DNA of 64,000 nt. Origin: the human T2T-CHM13v2.0 reference genome, Homo sapiens. Shown piece after piece: positions 38,870 through 53,290 of this stretch (positions are counted from its first letter, which is position 1; each line of letters starts with the position of its first letter). Position numbers and translations under genes: made by a program. The stretch lies in the NCBI RefSeq assembly GCF_009914755.1, contig NC_060927.1; one strand, written 5' to 3'. The notes beneath the pieces were generated by a model, which was not told where the DNA came from, made no database searches, and worked only from the letters and a program-made list of their open reading frames with translations.

Positions 38870-41800
38870 TAGGAGCTTTTTGGAGGCGTCTTTAGAGTTT
38901 CCAAGGTATATGATCATATCATCAGCAAACAGCAACAGTTTGACTTCCTCTTTACTGATTTGGGTGCCCTTTATTTTTTTCCCTTGTCTGATTGCTCTGG
39001 CCAGGACTTCCACTACTATGTTGAATAGAAGTGGTGAGAGTGGGCATCCTTGTCTTGTTGCATTTCTCAAGTGGAATGCTTTTAACTTTTCCTTGTTCAG
39101 TGTAATGTTGGCTGTGGTTTTGTCATAGAGGGCTTTTACTACATTGAAATATGTCCTGTCTATGCCAATTTTGCTGAGTGTTTTAACCATAAAGTGATGC
39201 TAGATTTTTCTGCATCTATTGAGATGATCATGTGATTTTTGTTTTTAATTCTGTTTGTGTGGTGTATCACATTTATTGACTTGTATTATGTTCAACCATC
39301 CTTGTATCCCTTGTATGAAACCCACTTGATCATGGTGGATTACCTTTTTGACATGCTGTTGGATTTGGTTAGCTAGTATTTTGTTATGGATTTTTGCATC
39401 TATATTCATCAGGGATATTGGTCTGTAGTTTTCATTTTTTTTTTTGTTATGTCCTTTCCTGGATTTGGTATTAGTGTGATATTGGCTTCATAGAATGATT
39501 TAGGGAGGATTCCCCCTTTCTCTATCTTGTGGAATAGTATCAATAGGATTGGTACCAATTCTTCTTTGAATGTCTCATATAATATAATTCAGCTGTGAAT
39601 CTGTCTGGTCCTGGACTTTTTTTGAGGGCAAGTTTTAAATTACCATTTCAATCTCGCTGCTTGTTATTGGTTGATTCAGAGTTTCTATTTCTTCCTAGTT
39701 TAATCTAGGAGGGTTGTATATTTCCAGGAATTTATCCATCTCCTCTAGGCTTTCTAGCTTATGCATGTAAAGGTATTCATAGTAGCCTTGACTGGTCTTT
39801 TGTATTTCCATAGTATGGGTTGTAATATCTCCCATTTCGTTTCTAATTGAACTTATTTGGATCTTCTCTTTTCTTTTCTTTTCTTGGTTAATATCACTAA
39901 TGGGCTAATCAATCTTATTTATCTTTTCAAAGAACCAGCTTTTTGTTTCATTTATCTTTTGTATTTTTTTGTTTCATTTAATTCTTCTCTGATCTTTGTC
40001 ATTTCTTTTCTTCTGCTGATTTAGGTTTGGTATGTTCTTGTTTCTCTAGTTCCTTGAGGTGTGACCTTAGATTGTCTGTTTGTGCTCTTTCAGACTTTCT
40101 GATATAGGCATTTAGGGCTATGAACTTTCCTCTTAGCACTCCTTTGCTGTATCCCAGAGATTTTGATAGGTTGTGTCACTGTTATCATTCAGTTCGAAGA
40201 AGTTTTAAATTTCCATGTTGATTTCATTCAGCAAAGTTTCAGGATACAAGATTAATGTATACAAATCAGTAACTCTGTTATATACCAACAGTGACCAAGC
40301 TAAGGATCAAATCAAGAACTCAACTCCTTTTATAATAGCTGCATATAATAAAATACTTAGGAATATACCTAACCAAGGAGATGAAAGACCTCTAGAAGGA
40401 AAACTACAAAACACTGCTAAAAGAAATCATAGACAACACAAACAAATAGAAATATATCCCATGCCCATGGATGGGTAGAATCAATATTGTGAAAATGGCC
40501 ATACTGCTAAAAGCAATCTAAAAAATCAAAGCAATTCCCATCAAAATACTATCACCATTCTTCACAGAACTAGAAAAAAAAACCCCTAAAATTCACATGG
40601 AACCAAAAAAGAGCCTGCATAGCCAAAGAAAGATTAAGCAAAAAGAACCAATCTGGAGGCCATAGTCACCAAAACAGCTGATCCTGGTGTAAAAATAGGC
40701 ATGAAGACCAATGGAACAGAATGGAGAACCCAGAAATGAAGCCAAATACTTATAGCCAACTGATCTTTGATAAAGCAAAGAAAAACATAAACTGGGGAAG
40801 GGACACCCTATTCAACAACAAATGGTGCTACAATAATTAACAAGCTACATGTGGAAAAATGAAACTGGATCCTCATCCCTCACCTTATACAAAAATTGAC
40901 TCAAAATGAATCAAGGACTTAAATCGAAGACCTGAAACCATAAAAATTCTAGAAGATAACATCAGAAAAATCCCTTCTAGACATTGGCTTAGGCAAGGAT
41001 TTCATGACCAAGAATCCAAAAGCAAATGCAACAAAAACAAAGATGAATAGCTGGGGACTTAATTAAACTAAATTAAGCACAGCAAAATTTTGTGATTGTC
41101 TGTTTTTCCTGCAGATTGTTTCTTTTGCCGTGCAAGTTTAAGTTTTTGCACGGCAAAAGAAACAATCCAGAGGGTAAACAGACAACCCACAAAATGGGAG
41201 AAAATCTTTGCGATCTATACATCCGACAAAGAGCTAACATCCAGAATCTACAAGGAACTCAAATCAGCAAGAAAAAAACAAACAATCCCATCAAAAAGTG
41301 GGCTAAGGACATGAATAGACATTTCTCAAAAGAAGATATACAAATGGCCAACAAACAGATGAAAAAATGTTCAACACCACTAATGATCAGGGGAATGCAA
41401 ATCAAAACTGCAGTGTGATACCACCTTACTCCTGGAAGAATGGCCATAATAAAAAAATGCAAAGAATAATAGGTGTTGGCATGGATGTGGTGAAAAGGGA
41501 ACATTTTTAACGTGGTGGGAATGTAAACTAGTACAACCACTATGGAAAACAGTGTGGAGATTCCTTAAAGATCTAAAAGTAGAACTACCCTCTACCCAGA
41601 GAAAAAGAAGTCATATGAAAAAGATACTTGCACACACATGTTTATGCAGCAGAATTCACAATTGCAAAAATATGGAACCGGCCCAAATGTCCATCAATCA
41701 ATATGTGGATAAATAAATTGTGATATATACTGTAGAATACTAGTCAGCGATAAAAAAGGAATGAAATAATGGCATTAGCAGCAACCTGGATGGAATTGGA

Positions 41801-42090
41801 GACTATTATTCTAAGTGAAGTAACTCAGGAATGGAAAACCAAACATTGTATGTTCTCACTTATAAGTGGGAGCTAAACTATGAAGATGCAAAGGCATAAG
41901 AATGATACGATGGACTTTGGGGACTTTGAGAACGGATGTGGGGTGGGTGAGGGATAAAAGACTACACATTGGGTACAGTGTTCACTGCTAGGGTAATAAA
42001 TGCACCAAAATCTCAGAAATCACCACTGAAGAACATATTCATGTAACCAAACACCTACTGTTCCCCAAAAACCTATTGAAATAAAAATTA
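38870..42090. mobile_element. 5'-inverted L1PB: minus 38870-~40222, plus ~40223-42090
   Basis: ORF2 reverse-transcriptase fragment on minus (ORF 38855-39190, [13 protein letters not shown]...FADDM); plus-strand ORF2 end and L1PB 3' UTR; TSD taat(a/g)aatttagga at 38861 and 42091. Confidence 0.92.
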
Positions 42091-42431
42091 TAATGAATTT
42101 AGGAAAAAAGCTGCAGTGGAGGAACTCATAGAAAACTGTCTCATACCAAGTCTGTGCTCTCATGGGTCTTATGTATCAGTGAGAAAATATCATAATAAAA
42201 TAATATCAGGTCAGAGACAAATAATATTAACGAAAATCCAGCAGTGGACGAGGGGGTGCAATTGGTAGGGAGTGCATTTTAGAAAGGTTGGTCAGAAAAG
42301 GCTTCTCTGATAAGGTGACTTTTGGCAGAGATTTTAATAAAGGATAGAAGAGCATGCCCATTTTGATAAATAATAGTTTAACATTTTTTAAAGTACTAAG
42401 ATCACTCTTCCAAACCCAAGTTTATTAATCA

Positions 42432-42763
<332 letters not shown>

Positions 42764-45700
42764 AGCATATTGGGACGTTCACAGATGCTCCAAGTGGGTA
42801 GAAAATTTGGGGGCAGATTCACACGGACAGGAAAAAGTGGTCTGGTGGAAAAACACAGCCACTATTACCCCAAATGGGAATATCAGCTGCAGGAACCCCT
42901 AACAAAGCTGAGCAGGGCTTCAGTTTGCAGGAGCTGGTAGAGCCACCAGAGAACATTTCTTTGGTCTCTACTTTTTTTGCCATCTTCTTGCTAGTAAAAA
43001 TTTAGTACTACCAAGTCTGATTAGCAGAGCCTATGTCTTATGCCCAGGCCCTAATTATAAAGAAAGCAGGGTGGTGAATGTTTGGCATTTTCAGCTTTTG
43101 TGGCTGGGGAAATCCACACATGCAGGAAAGGCTTCAGTTGCTGGAGGATTATAAAGGATGATCAATTCTACAATAGCAAGAATCTCTTATAACTCAAACA
43201 TTCCTTAACACTAACAACCTTTTCTTATATTGTTCCTAGACTCAAAAATGGTTAATAACACTTTGGTATTTATAAAGGTGACTTATTTATTTAAAATATT
43301 AACTATCCACAGTGGCCATTATATTTGCATACAGTTCAATACTCAAAAGATCTGTGAGGTTTTGAAGCAGAAAAAGAATTTCATTTCAGCTAAGGGATTT
43401 AGATTATATATAAGATGGTATATATAATTTACTCTTGAAATGGGTAATTGAATTGTTGCTGAATAAATATGAGATGATATATTGAAATAGATACAGTTTG
43501 CAAATATAAATAAGTTGGGTATATGTAACTGGTTTCACAACCCTGTGAGAACATATATGATACCATTAACATTAACAGCTATATCTCAATTGCTCCAATA
43601 TCCAAACCATTTTGTGTGGCTTCAGTCTACTGTCAAATGTTGTTTCCCTGGGTGAGGTCAGATGCCTCTAGCATGACGGAATCCCATGTGCCCTGGAAGA
43701 AGACTTCTCATGTGCTCGTGACTATTCCTGAATTATTGGCTTATTCCTCTATCACTACCTGTGATACTGGAGTCTTCTGGGTGACAGGTACTTTCTGCTG
43801 TTTCCCCCTTTTAATTCTCCACTGGACCTCAAAGCAGCACTGTATAAGCTTAGAGCCTCATCACATTTTTGATGTTAACTGTAAGATTTTTCCCTTAACC
43901 CTTCATTTTCAGAGGTTTAAAACTGGTTAATCAGTTCAATGAAGGGGACAACACAACATCTATCCCTTTCACTGCCTTTATGAATACTCCTTTCACAAGT
44001 ATCATTGTCGTACTTATACCATCACCATAAACAACAACAACATGTCCCCTTTCTTCTTCAGCTCAAAGATTAAAACTTCTCCCTCATATTTATAGACACA
44101 AATAGATACATGTACACAGTATGGCACAAAAAGCAATCTATTCATAGTTTAGGCTTAGTGAAGATATCCTGATACTCCCGCATTGGTACATAATAGAAAA
44201 CAGACTTTGTGATGGTTAGATGTACAAACTGGGTAGCGTTTGGTTTATATATTTACTTGACTGTCTTTTACTCTAGCTAATGTAGAAGCTCAGGTGTTCA
44301 AATTATCCAAGCTCTCTGTTCCAGCAGTTATTTTCAAATCCAAATTGGGAAGTGATGGGTTCCTGATGTATTTAAATAAAATTTGTTAAAATGTGCCATT
44401 ATCAACAGTAATGTACCAGCCTGGCTCAGTTAGGTCAGAAACAGATCAAAAAGCAGAAAAGTCGGCTGTTTCCTAACTGAGCTGCTTTGCTTAGCTGTTT
44501 TGGGGCAATTAGTAGCTTGAGGAAAAAGTGAATAACAAATTTACAACTATGTGTAATTGGATTTATGTGTGCAAATTCCTCAAAGAAATCAAATTACATT
44601 TGAAAACACTGTTTTATTTTTCTTCATGACAACCTATTATGGGGAAAAAGGGATGGGTATTTGTACTACCATTTTATAGATGAGAATTTTGACTTGCTGA
44701 GAGAAGATGACAAAGTAAAAGATGAATAAACTACTTCTGGACTGTAAGTCTCTGGTCTAAAACTCTTCTACTTTCTATATAATAATGCTGTTTAAAATAT
44801 GGATCTGTGGTCATATAATTCCTATCATTTGTGTGTTAATAATTTGATGACACCTTATCTATGTACTTTCTATCTTGATTTCTTAAGTTCTTTGAGACCT
44901 GTTTTTCTTATCTAAATCCCTTATGCATATGAATCTTGAATTTAGTATTTTGTTCAACATGAAGGCACTTTGGGCTTCACAAGAACACAAATTTGTATAG
45001 GATGGACTTTAATATAACAGCTCTATTTTAGATTCTAAGAGTATCTCATTTTTAGAATTTCTATAAGAATGTTGTAAGTCTCTCCTTTAACATTGTCCTA
45101 GAGACTGCCCCGTGCCAGCTTAACTGACAATTCACTGTTTGCTCTGAACTAGAGGCAATATTCCTTTGTGCTCTGTGCAGACACATCAATATGTATTTCA
45201 AGCTCCATTCCTAAAACTGACCTAGTGCTGGCATGTCACAATTTTTTCGGCTAATGAATCTGATTTTATCTTTCCCAGATAATTATACAAATAATTAATT
45301 GCTTCAGAGTCCAGAAATCCATATTTAACAGGTTGTAAATACACACATTTTTCTTTGAGAAATGACAGGTTTGTATTGTTATTCTTTTTCCTCAGAATCC
45401 AATACTGCAAAAAGAGTAAAAACAAAAAACACCATATTTTCTTCCAGTATAAATATCTCAGAGAAAGGAGCTCATGGTGCTTTAAATATATTGTATTTTC
45501 ACAAGAGTATTTCTGTGATGTGAGTGGGAAAAGATTTTCATTTTCTTTTTATTATAATCAACAAATATTGACTGAGATTGTTATTATGCTAGGGAAGTAG
45601 GAAACAAACATGTTTAAGGTTATACAAGCCTCAAAGCCACTCATGTGCTAGATGGAGTAAACATTTGCTAAAAGATAGTACTACAAAATTATATGTTATA

Positions 45701-47007
45701 TATGTATATATATAGATTGATTGATTGAAGCTTATGTTACAGAAGCAGTTCTACTTAGGAAATTTTTAAAGTTGAAAATATTGTTGATATGAGCAATGCT
45801 ATTGGCTAAAGCAAAGCATGCCAACAACAGCCAGTGTTGATGGACCTTGTTGTAAGGTCTGTTTGACCTTACAAATAGATGGGATTTCAAACAGCTTTTC
45901 ACATCCTAATGATTGTAAATATCTGTAAATGCCAAAAGAACTCAGAAAAGGTGGAAGTAGTTAGAGCATATGGGATTTAAGATACACTTTAAAGGAAGAG
46001 TTAGATATATTAGTGGACAGCAGGAAAAGGGACTGAAGTGTGCATGGAAAGAAGAGTGGAAATGTGAATGGCCATTTGGCAAATACTAAGGAGATCTGGT
46101 AGGATTAAGAGTAATTTTTTTTTAAGATGTGTGATGTCACACATCAGGAGAGATAGAAGGTAAACTGAAAGTTTACAAGTGGAAAGTAATGTGTGCAAAA
46201 ACTGTGTTAATGTGTAAGAACTGTTGCTGAGGAGCGGGCTGACATCAAGGAAACCAGTTGGAAGATGAGGAAGGATAGGAACTAGATTTATTAAGCATCT
46301 GTTATGTGCTGGTCCTTGTGATATGTGCTTAGCATGTGGTTTTTCATTTGACTTCAGAAACTGTCAGAGTATAGACAGGATGTCACAAGCTCATGAGCAG
46401 AGTGTTAATGGGAACAGAAAGAAAGAAACAGTTTAAAATTAGACAGGATTTGAAGCCTCACTCTATGAGGCAAAAGGGGACTAGGTCAAGAATATCATAA
46501 AAACTAAAAATAAAAAATTAAATTCAAGAAGAATATCTCAAAGTCCTTAAACTGAATTTCAGACAGGAACATCCATGGGTTGGAAGGAGGAAGGAAAGTG
46601 GCAGAGATGACAAAAGATAAGGAGTTTGAGCTGAAGAAGGAGAATTGAGAGACACAGAGTTATAGAAATTCAGGGATGGCACAGTTTTAATACTAAAAGA
46701 GAAGCTCTCACCAAATAGTTCCACTTATAATTCAGGTCCCACAGCTTCTACTACTGCTGTCTACCCAGTTACTAATCTGGTTGCTGGAGTGTGAAATAAA
46801 TCTGTTTCTACTGCCTATAAATTGAGGTCCTTGGATGGAAGAAACATAGTAGGGCATGACTATTGGTTTTGGCAGCTGACAGATTCTGATTTCTTTAACG
46901 GATAGAAAAAAAAATCTGATAGAAAAAAATTATTAATACAGTTCTATAAAACAAGAGAACGTTAGCAGTCTTCATAACATCATCTGCTGATGCTGTATCG
47001 GAAGAAC

Positions 47008-47325
47008 TTTCTTTTTTTTTTTTCTTTTGTTTTGTTTTGAGACGGAGTCTCACTTCCTTTGTTGCCCAGGCTGGAGTGCAGTGGGGCAGTCTCTGCTTAC
47101 TGCAGCCTCTGCCTCCTGGGTTCAAGTGAATTCTTGTGCCTCAGCTTTCCGAGTAGCTGGGATTACGGGCGTGTGCCACCACTCCTGGCTAATTATCGTA
47201 TTTTCAGTAGAGATGGGGTTTCACCATGTTGGCCAGGCTGGTCTCGAATTCCTGGCTTCATGCAGTCTACTGGCCTCGACCTTGAGAAGTGCTGGGATTA
47301 CAGGCGTGAGCCAACTTGCCCGGCC
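47008..47325 (-). mobile_element. Alu (AluS/J)
   Basis: Full Alu; TSD ggaagaac. Confidence 0.93.
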
Positions 47326-47421
47326 CTGGAAGAACCTTGTTCTTATTCTTTTTTTTTGTTTGCCTTATCCCTTGCTCTCAGTTCCCAGGAAACAGCCAAT
47401 GAAAAACCAAGAAGGCAGACA

Positions 47422-47470
47422 GAAAACAAAACAAAACAAAACAAGAAAACAAACAAAACAAAATCAAACC
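47422..47470. repeat. (CAAAA)n simple repeat
   Basis: Read directly from the sequence. Confidence 0.85.
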
Positions 47471-49261
47471 CAAACCCCAAAATCCTTGTTAGGTGTATAA
47501 CATGAGATAATGGTTTGTTGGTTACTGCCTGTTATATCTGCAGTTGTGCCATTAGTACTCCAAAGTCACAAACTCCAATTAGTACACATGGAGAGAAGAG
47601 TGGAAAGCAGAGTCATAAAATCTGAGGATTCTGAGGGTAATGACATCAGTGAGCCTTCACTGCAAATTTCACTGTTCTTGTGAAAATAATTTCTTGTTTT
47701 AATAGTAAGGAAGGTGCTTTTCATGTTAAGACCTCATTCAAAGATGGGAGACTATTGGTTAATTGCTTATATAATTCTATTTTTATTTAAGTTGATGAAA
47801 AAGACATCTTTATCTTTTGTCTTTCATCCAATATAAATAAAAATAGGTGTAGTTTTTGTCATTAATCAAATAGATATGAGCTAAAAATGGTGAAAAATTT
47901 AATTAAAAGCAGAGATAACTGAATTCCTGGGTAGTATTAGCATTAGGCTTGCTGTTTTCAGGGAGGGAATTAATTAAATGACTCCTTCAAAACATTTATG
48001 ATATGATCTATTATAGAAAGGAGACCTTTAAAAAGTAACACAATGGGGGAAATTAAAGCTATATTTATATCATTAATCGAGCATTATATAACATATTAAG
48101 AATACTTACTTTGTTTATTAATCATTGCCTTTCCTTGGTACACATAACAAGTGGGTGCCTAGATTCAGGGCGAGAGCACTGTACAGTTTGAAATACAAAT
48201 TTTGTGTTGTAATTGCATGCTTATTTTAAGTGTGGTTTTCTGAATTTTTGGCTATGAAAGCAAAGCAAAGCAACAAGTTTGGGGCAGAAATTTACCTGCA
48301 GCCTATCTTACACAAGAGCTGGAGAAAGAATTTGTGGTAGGCAAACCAACTGCACACATTGAAAGTATAAAATAATATGTATTAAAATGATTATTTTATG
48401 ATTTTTATTCTGTCAAAATATTTGCTGTATGTTTAATTTCCAAATAATATTGAAGAGAGATATTTCCATATTTGTTCAAAGAACACATTAATTAAAGGAG
48501 GATGGGAAATATTGCTGGAATAATATATTTTCTAATATTTATGATTCAGACTGGTTTTGAGAAGAATCCCTGGCGTGCAGTGAGCACTCTATAAATATTT
48601 GTTTAATAATTGGGCTGGAAAATGACTTAATCTTACTGAATTCTGCTTTTCAGTGATTAGTTTTTGTACCCCTGCACTGTATGTATTTTACCATTATTAT
48701 AGAACTGATTACGAAACCCGGAATGAAACATGGTAGAAAAATGTGAGGAAACCTTTTTGGGGAGGAAAGCTCTAGTCCTTAATTTTATTTAAGCCTTTGC
48801 ATTGAGTTTTGGGGAAGACTATTTATAAAAGAATGGGTAGTAGAAAAACAGCAAGCTTGGGAGCTACAGAACTTATGAGAGCAATAACATTGGTGGTGAA
48901 ATTTATGCATTAAAATATTGGTTTTCAGACTTGTTCAGCTGTTGTTCTTTTGTAGTACAAATGAAAGCTTTGTTGCTCTGGTTGACTTAGGGCTAAGGTG
49001 GCTTGGAGTTATGTTTTCTTGTCGCCCAACTTCTTCTGTGATAGCCATAGCAGGGCTCTGAAGTGCAAAGTTTGAAAATGACTGCATTAGAAATAAGCTA
49101 CGTGGGCTACACAGAAGACAAATATTTGTTGACTGACTTACTGATGGAATAAATGAAAGTATGAGTGGATGAATGAACTGATCTATCTGAGTAGATGAAG
49201 AAATAGGAGCAGCAGCAGCTAGAGGAGGAGGATGGGAAGGAGGAAGAGGGTGTGGTGGTAA

Positions 49262-49435
49262 AACACTGAGTGCTTTCTATGTGCTAGGTATTGTGCTAAA
49301 CTATTATTTATTCAATGCTCACAATAAATCGAAATAAGGAAAGTACTATTATCGTTTTCATTTTACATATGAGAAAACTAATCATAGGGAGGTTAAGCAA
49401 CTTGCTCAAAAATCACAGAGTGAATAAGTGATCAT
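49262..49435 (-). mobile_element. MIR
   Basis: actgagtgctttctatgtgctaggtattgtgctaa...cattttacatatgagaaaact...gaggttaagcaacttgctcaa. Confidence 0.8.
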
Positions 49436-51029
49436 ACTCCTGAATGAATCTTATGGATTAATATCAACATAATGAAAAAATGTATTAATTAATATGATAA
49501 ATTGAATTAAATAAGTGCTTGTCTTATTTATATACATATATTTATATAATATATGTATATCTACATCTATATCTCTACCATGTGCCTGATAATATGTGAA
49601 GCATGTAGGAGAAATCAAATGAGGAACAAAGTGATTTTCTTCCTTTGAAGCACATGTAGTTTGTTAGAGAGATGCATTTACATATAATATTTACATATAG
49701 CATTACATTAGATGCATTTATGTTTACATTTAGGTGGTTTGCTTAATTCAGAAAATAAAGGAAGTGAGAAATTAGGGCTTGGTGAGATCATCGTAACCTG
49801 GAATGGTTATCAGAAGCTTTATTTAGAAGATGAGATGTGAAATAAAAAAGTGTAGGATAGGAAGGAGGATAAGAGAATTTTCTAGGTTGGCCGGAAGATG
49901 AGGACAAGCATGATTATAAATACCATACATGAGGATGCCCATATAGAGATAGATCTGACTAATAATATGGTTTGTGTTGGGCAACTGGAATGTTAAAACA
50001 GTTTTTAGAGGGCCTTGAATACAGAATCTAAAGTCTGTGTTCTATCTTAACATTGACTGGGGATATTTTCGAGAAGACATAGTAGGAGGTGGGAAGTAGT
50101 CTGGTGGCAGCAGCCAATGCTATAACAGGATTAGCCTAGTGGTGGATACAAAACAAATTACTGCAGGGATTGTGTAGACTTTGAACTAAGGAAATGTGTT
50201 AAGAAGGTATCGCAATAACTCAGGACTGGGTTTTAAGGAACACCCAAATTGGGTCATGATACTGGCAATACAGATGAGGAGAGAGAAAATCAGAAATAAT
50301 TTTCTTTTGGTGGAATTGTGTCACTTGGATTTGGCTATAAGTTACAAAACTCAATGAAATTCTACTGACTATTTTCTGAGTGCAAAACAACTTTGTTATG
50401 TGGTCATGAAATACAGTGACTGCTTGCCTCAGACTTCTCAGCTTGTTGCAGCTGTAAATCATGGTATAAATACCTTACAACAGGAAATTCCCGGGAGTCA
50501 GACACAAAGTGTGTAAAATGAGCCAGAAGAGATCTGGTACTCTCAAAAAATAAATATGAACCATTTAAGAGTAAGAGAATTTGACACAAAATTATTCACT
50601 GAAAGTCAAACAATTCACCTGCATGGATCATCTACTACACACGTCTAATTACACCGCCACAAATTAACACTCACTTTGAAAAACGGACCATAACATTTTG
50701 CATGAGTAAGGGATAGATTTCTCTTCAATTTTATGGATTTTATACATGAAATCATTTTAAACGTTAGTAGCAAATTGCTGTAATTAGAAAACTATGCTCC
50801 AATAAATTTTCACTAGGAAAAAAAATGGTTATTGGTAATTTTGAGGTGCTGTAATAATTCCATTTTACCTGATATGAATATCATAGGACAGCAGAAGGTG
50901 GCAAACTTTTCCAGGGGAAATATATCCTTATCCTGAAATACATCTATTTAAAGTGTGCGCTACCCATTTTTTTTTTTTACTGTAATATTTATCCAATGCC
51001 TTTACTGCTATCAGTACAGCACATTTTTC

Positions 51030-51404
<375 letters not shown>

Positions 51405-51957
51405 TGAATAGTTTATGCTGAAAATTAAGGAATGATGTTTGTTCTATAGGATAAGCTACTAGGAAAGAGGGTACTGATGTGTACTAAGTCTGTGGAGCTG
51501 TGGGTTGTTCAGCATTACATAATTTCTATCTCCATGCATGGCCTCCCTTCTTGAACAACTCTAGAAGACCCCAAAGCCAGCTGGTGAGGAATAAAAAGCA
51601 AGAGAGAGCTTCTCTATGATGTGTCATAAAGAAAGATTGAAGGGTCAAGAGATAAAGGGCTACTTTCTATGCCGCAGTTAGAACTTTCTCTCAACCCCAG
51701 CATTCTGGAGATTTTCAATACAGCTGGTTCCTATGCTCTTCTCTCATTCTCTACCTTGCTTTAACATCTCCACACTCTTCAGGGTTGGAAGATGAGACCA
51801 AGGATCTTTTTTCAGTCTCTCTGCAGGAAGAAAGCTGAGAGGAAAGAAAGAGGCAGGTCACCTCACAGCTGGGTTGGGAAGGACACCAAGCCTGGCTTTG
51901 GCATTTTCTCACCATTGGCTGCTTTTGTCTCACTCCCTGGGTGTGTCTTCTTTCCAA

Positions 51958-53004
51958 TTATTATGAACTTAATTGCATTCCCCCCAGATTCATATGTTGA
52001 AGCCTTAACCCCTAGTACCTCAGAATGTGACTGTATTTGGAGATAAGGCACTAAAGAGACGATTAAGTTAAAATGAGGCCTTTAGGGTAGGCTCTAATCC
52101 AGTTGACTGGTGTCTAACAATCCCACTCTGGGTATATATCTAAAAGAAAGCAGATCAGTGTGTCAAAGAGATATCTGCACTCACATGTTTTTTGCAGCAC
52201 TGTTTCTAATAGCCAAGATATGGAATCAACCTAAATGTCCATCAGTGGATGAATGGATAATGAAAATGTGGTACATATACACAGTGGGCTACTATTCAAC
52301 CATAACGAAGAATGAAATCCTGATGTTTTAGCAACATAGAAGGAACTGGGGGACATTGTGTTAAGTGAAATAAGCCAAGCACAGAAAGACAAATATCATG
52401 TGTTCTCACTCATACGTGGGAACCTAAAAAAGTAAATCTCATGGAGGTAGAGTAGAATGGTGATTACCAGAGGCTGGGAAAAGGAGGATGAGGAGGATGA
52501 AGAGAAATTGGTTAAGAGGTACAAAATACAGTTAGATAAAAGGGATATGTTGTAGTATTCGATGGTAGAGTAGAAAAATTATAGTTAACAATAATATATT
52601 GTATGTTTCAAAATAGCCAGAAGAGAAAAATTGTCCTAACACATAGAAAACTGTTTGAGGTGATGGATATCCTCATCAACCTGACTTGATCATTGCGCAT
52701 TGTATATAGTCATAAACATATCACATGTACCCTCCAAATATGTACCACTATTATATGTCAGTAAAAAAATATTAGAAAACAGGGAAAAAAGATACACCAA
52801 AAAGGTGTTTGCATGTGAAGAGGCAGCAAGAGGGAAGCCATCTGCAAGCCCAGTGGAGAGAGGCCTCAGAGAAAGCCAACTCTGACAACACCTTGATCTT
52901 GGACTCTTAGCCTCTAGAGCTGTGAAAAAAAATAAATTTCTGTTGTTTGTTTAAGCCACCAAGTATGTATTATTTTGTTATGAAGTCCCTAGCAAACGAA
53001 TATA
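51958..53004 (+). mobile_element. MLT1B LTR interrupted by an L1MA 3' end
   Basis: gattcatatgttgaagccttaacccctagtacctcagaatgtgactgtatttggagat...ccctagcaaacgaatata. Confidence 0.85.
52116..52770 (+). mobile_element. L1MA 3' end
   Basis: caatcccactctgggtatatatc...gcacagaaagacaaatatcatg...catatcacatgtaccctccaaata. Confidence 0.88.
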
Positions 53005-53290
53005 CAAATGCTCCTTGACTTATAATGGAGTTATGTCTCAATAGGCACTTAATACATCTAACCTACTGAATATCATAGCTTGGTCTAGCCTACCCCAAAC
53101 ATGCTTAGAACACTTATATTAGCCTACAGTTGAATAAAATCATCTTACACAAAGCCTACTTTATAATAATAATGTGCTAAATATCTCATATAATTTATTG
53201 AATATTATACTGCAAGTGAAAAACAGAATGTTTATATGGGTACTAGAAGTATGGTTTCTACTGAATGTGTATCGCTTTTGCACCATTGCA
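53004..53290. mobile_element. Tigger4 (Zombi/MER46) fragment
   Basis: tacaaatgctccttgacttataatggagttatgtc...ctactgaatgtgtatcgcttttgcacc. Confidence 0.8.

Noticed and set aside
38855-39190. 111-aa ORF with reverse-transcriptase motifs (QGCPLSP, FADDM)
   Set aside because: A fragment of L1 ORF2 in a dead, truncated and inverted L1PB; not a gene or a novel RT system.
47027-47505. Longest ORFs in the track (157 and 148 aa)
   Set aside because: Antisense-Alu translation plus a simple repeat, a typical Alu-derived spurious ORF.
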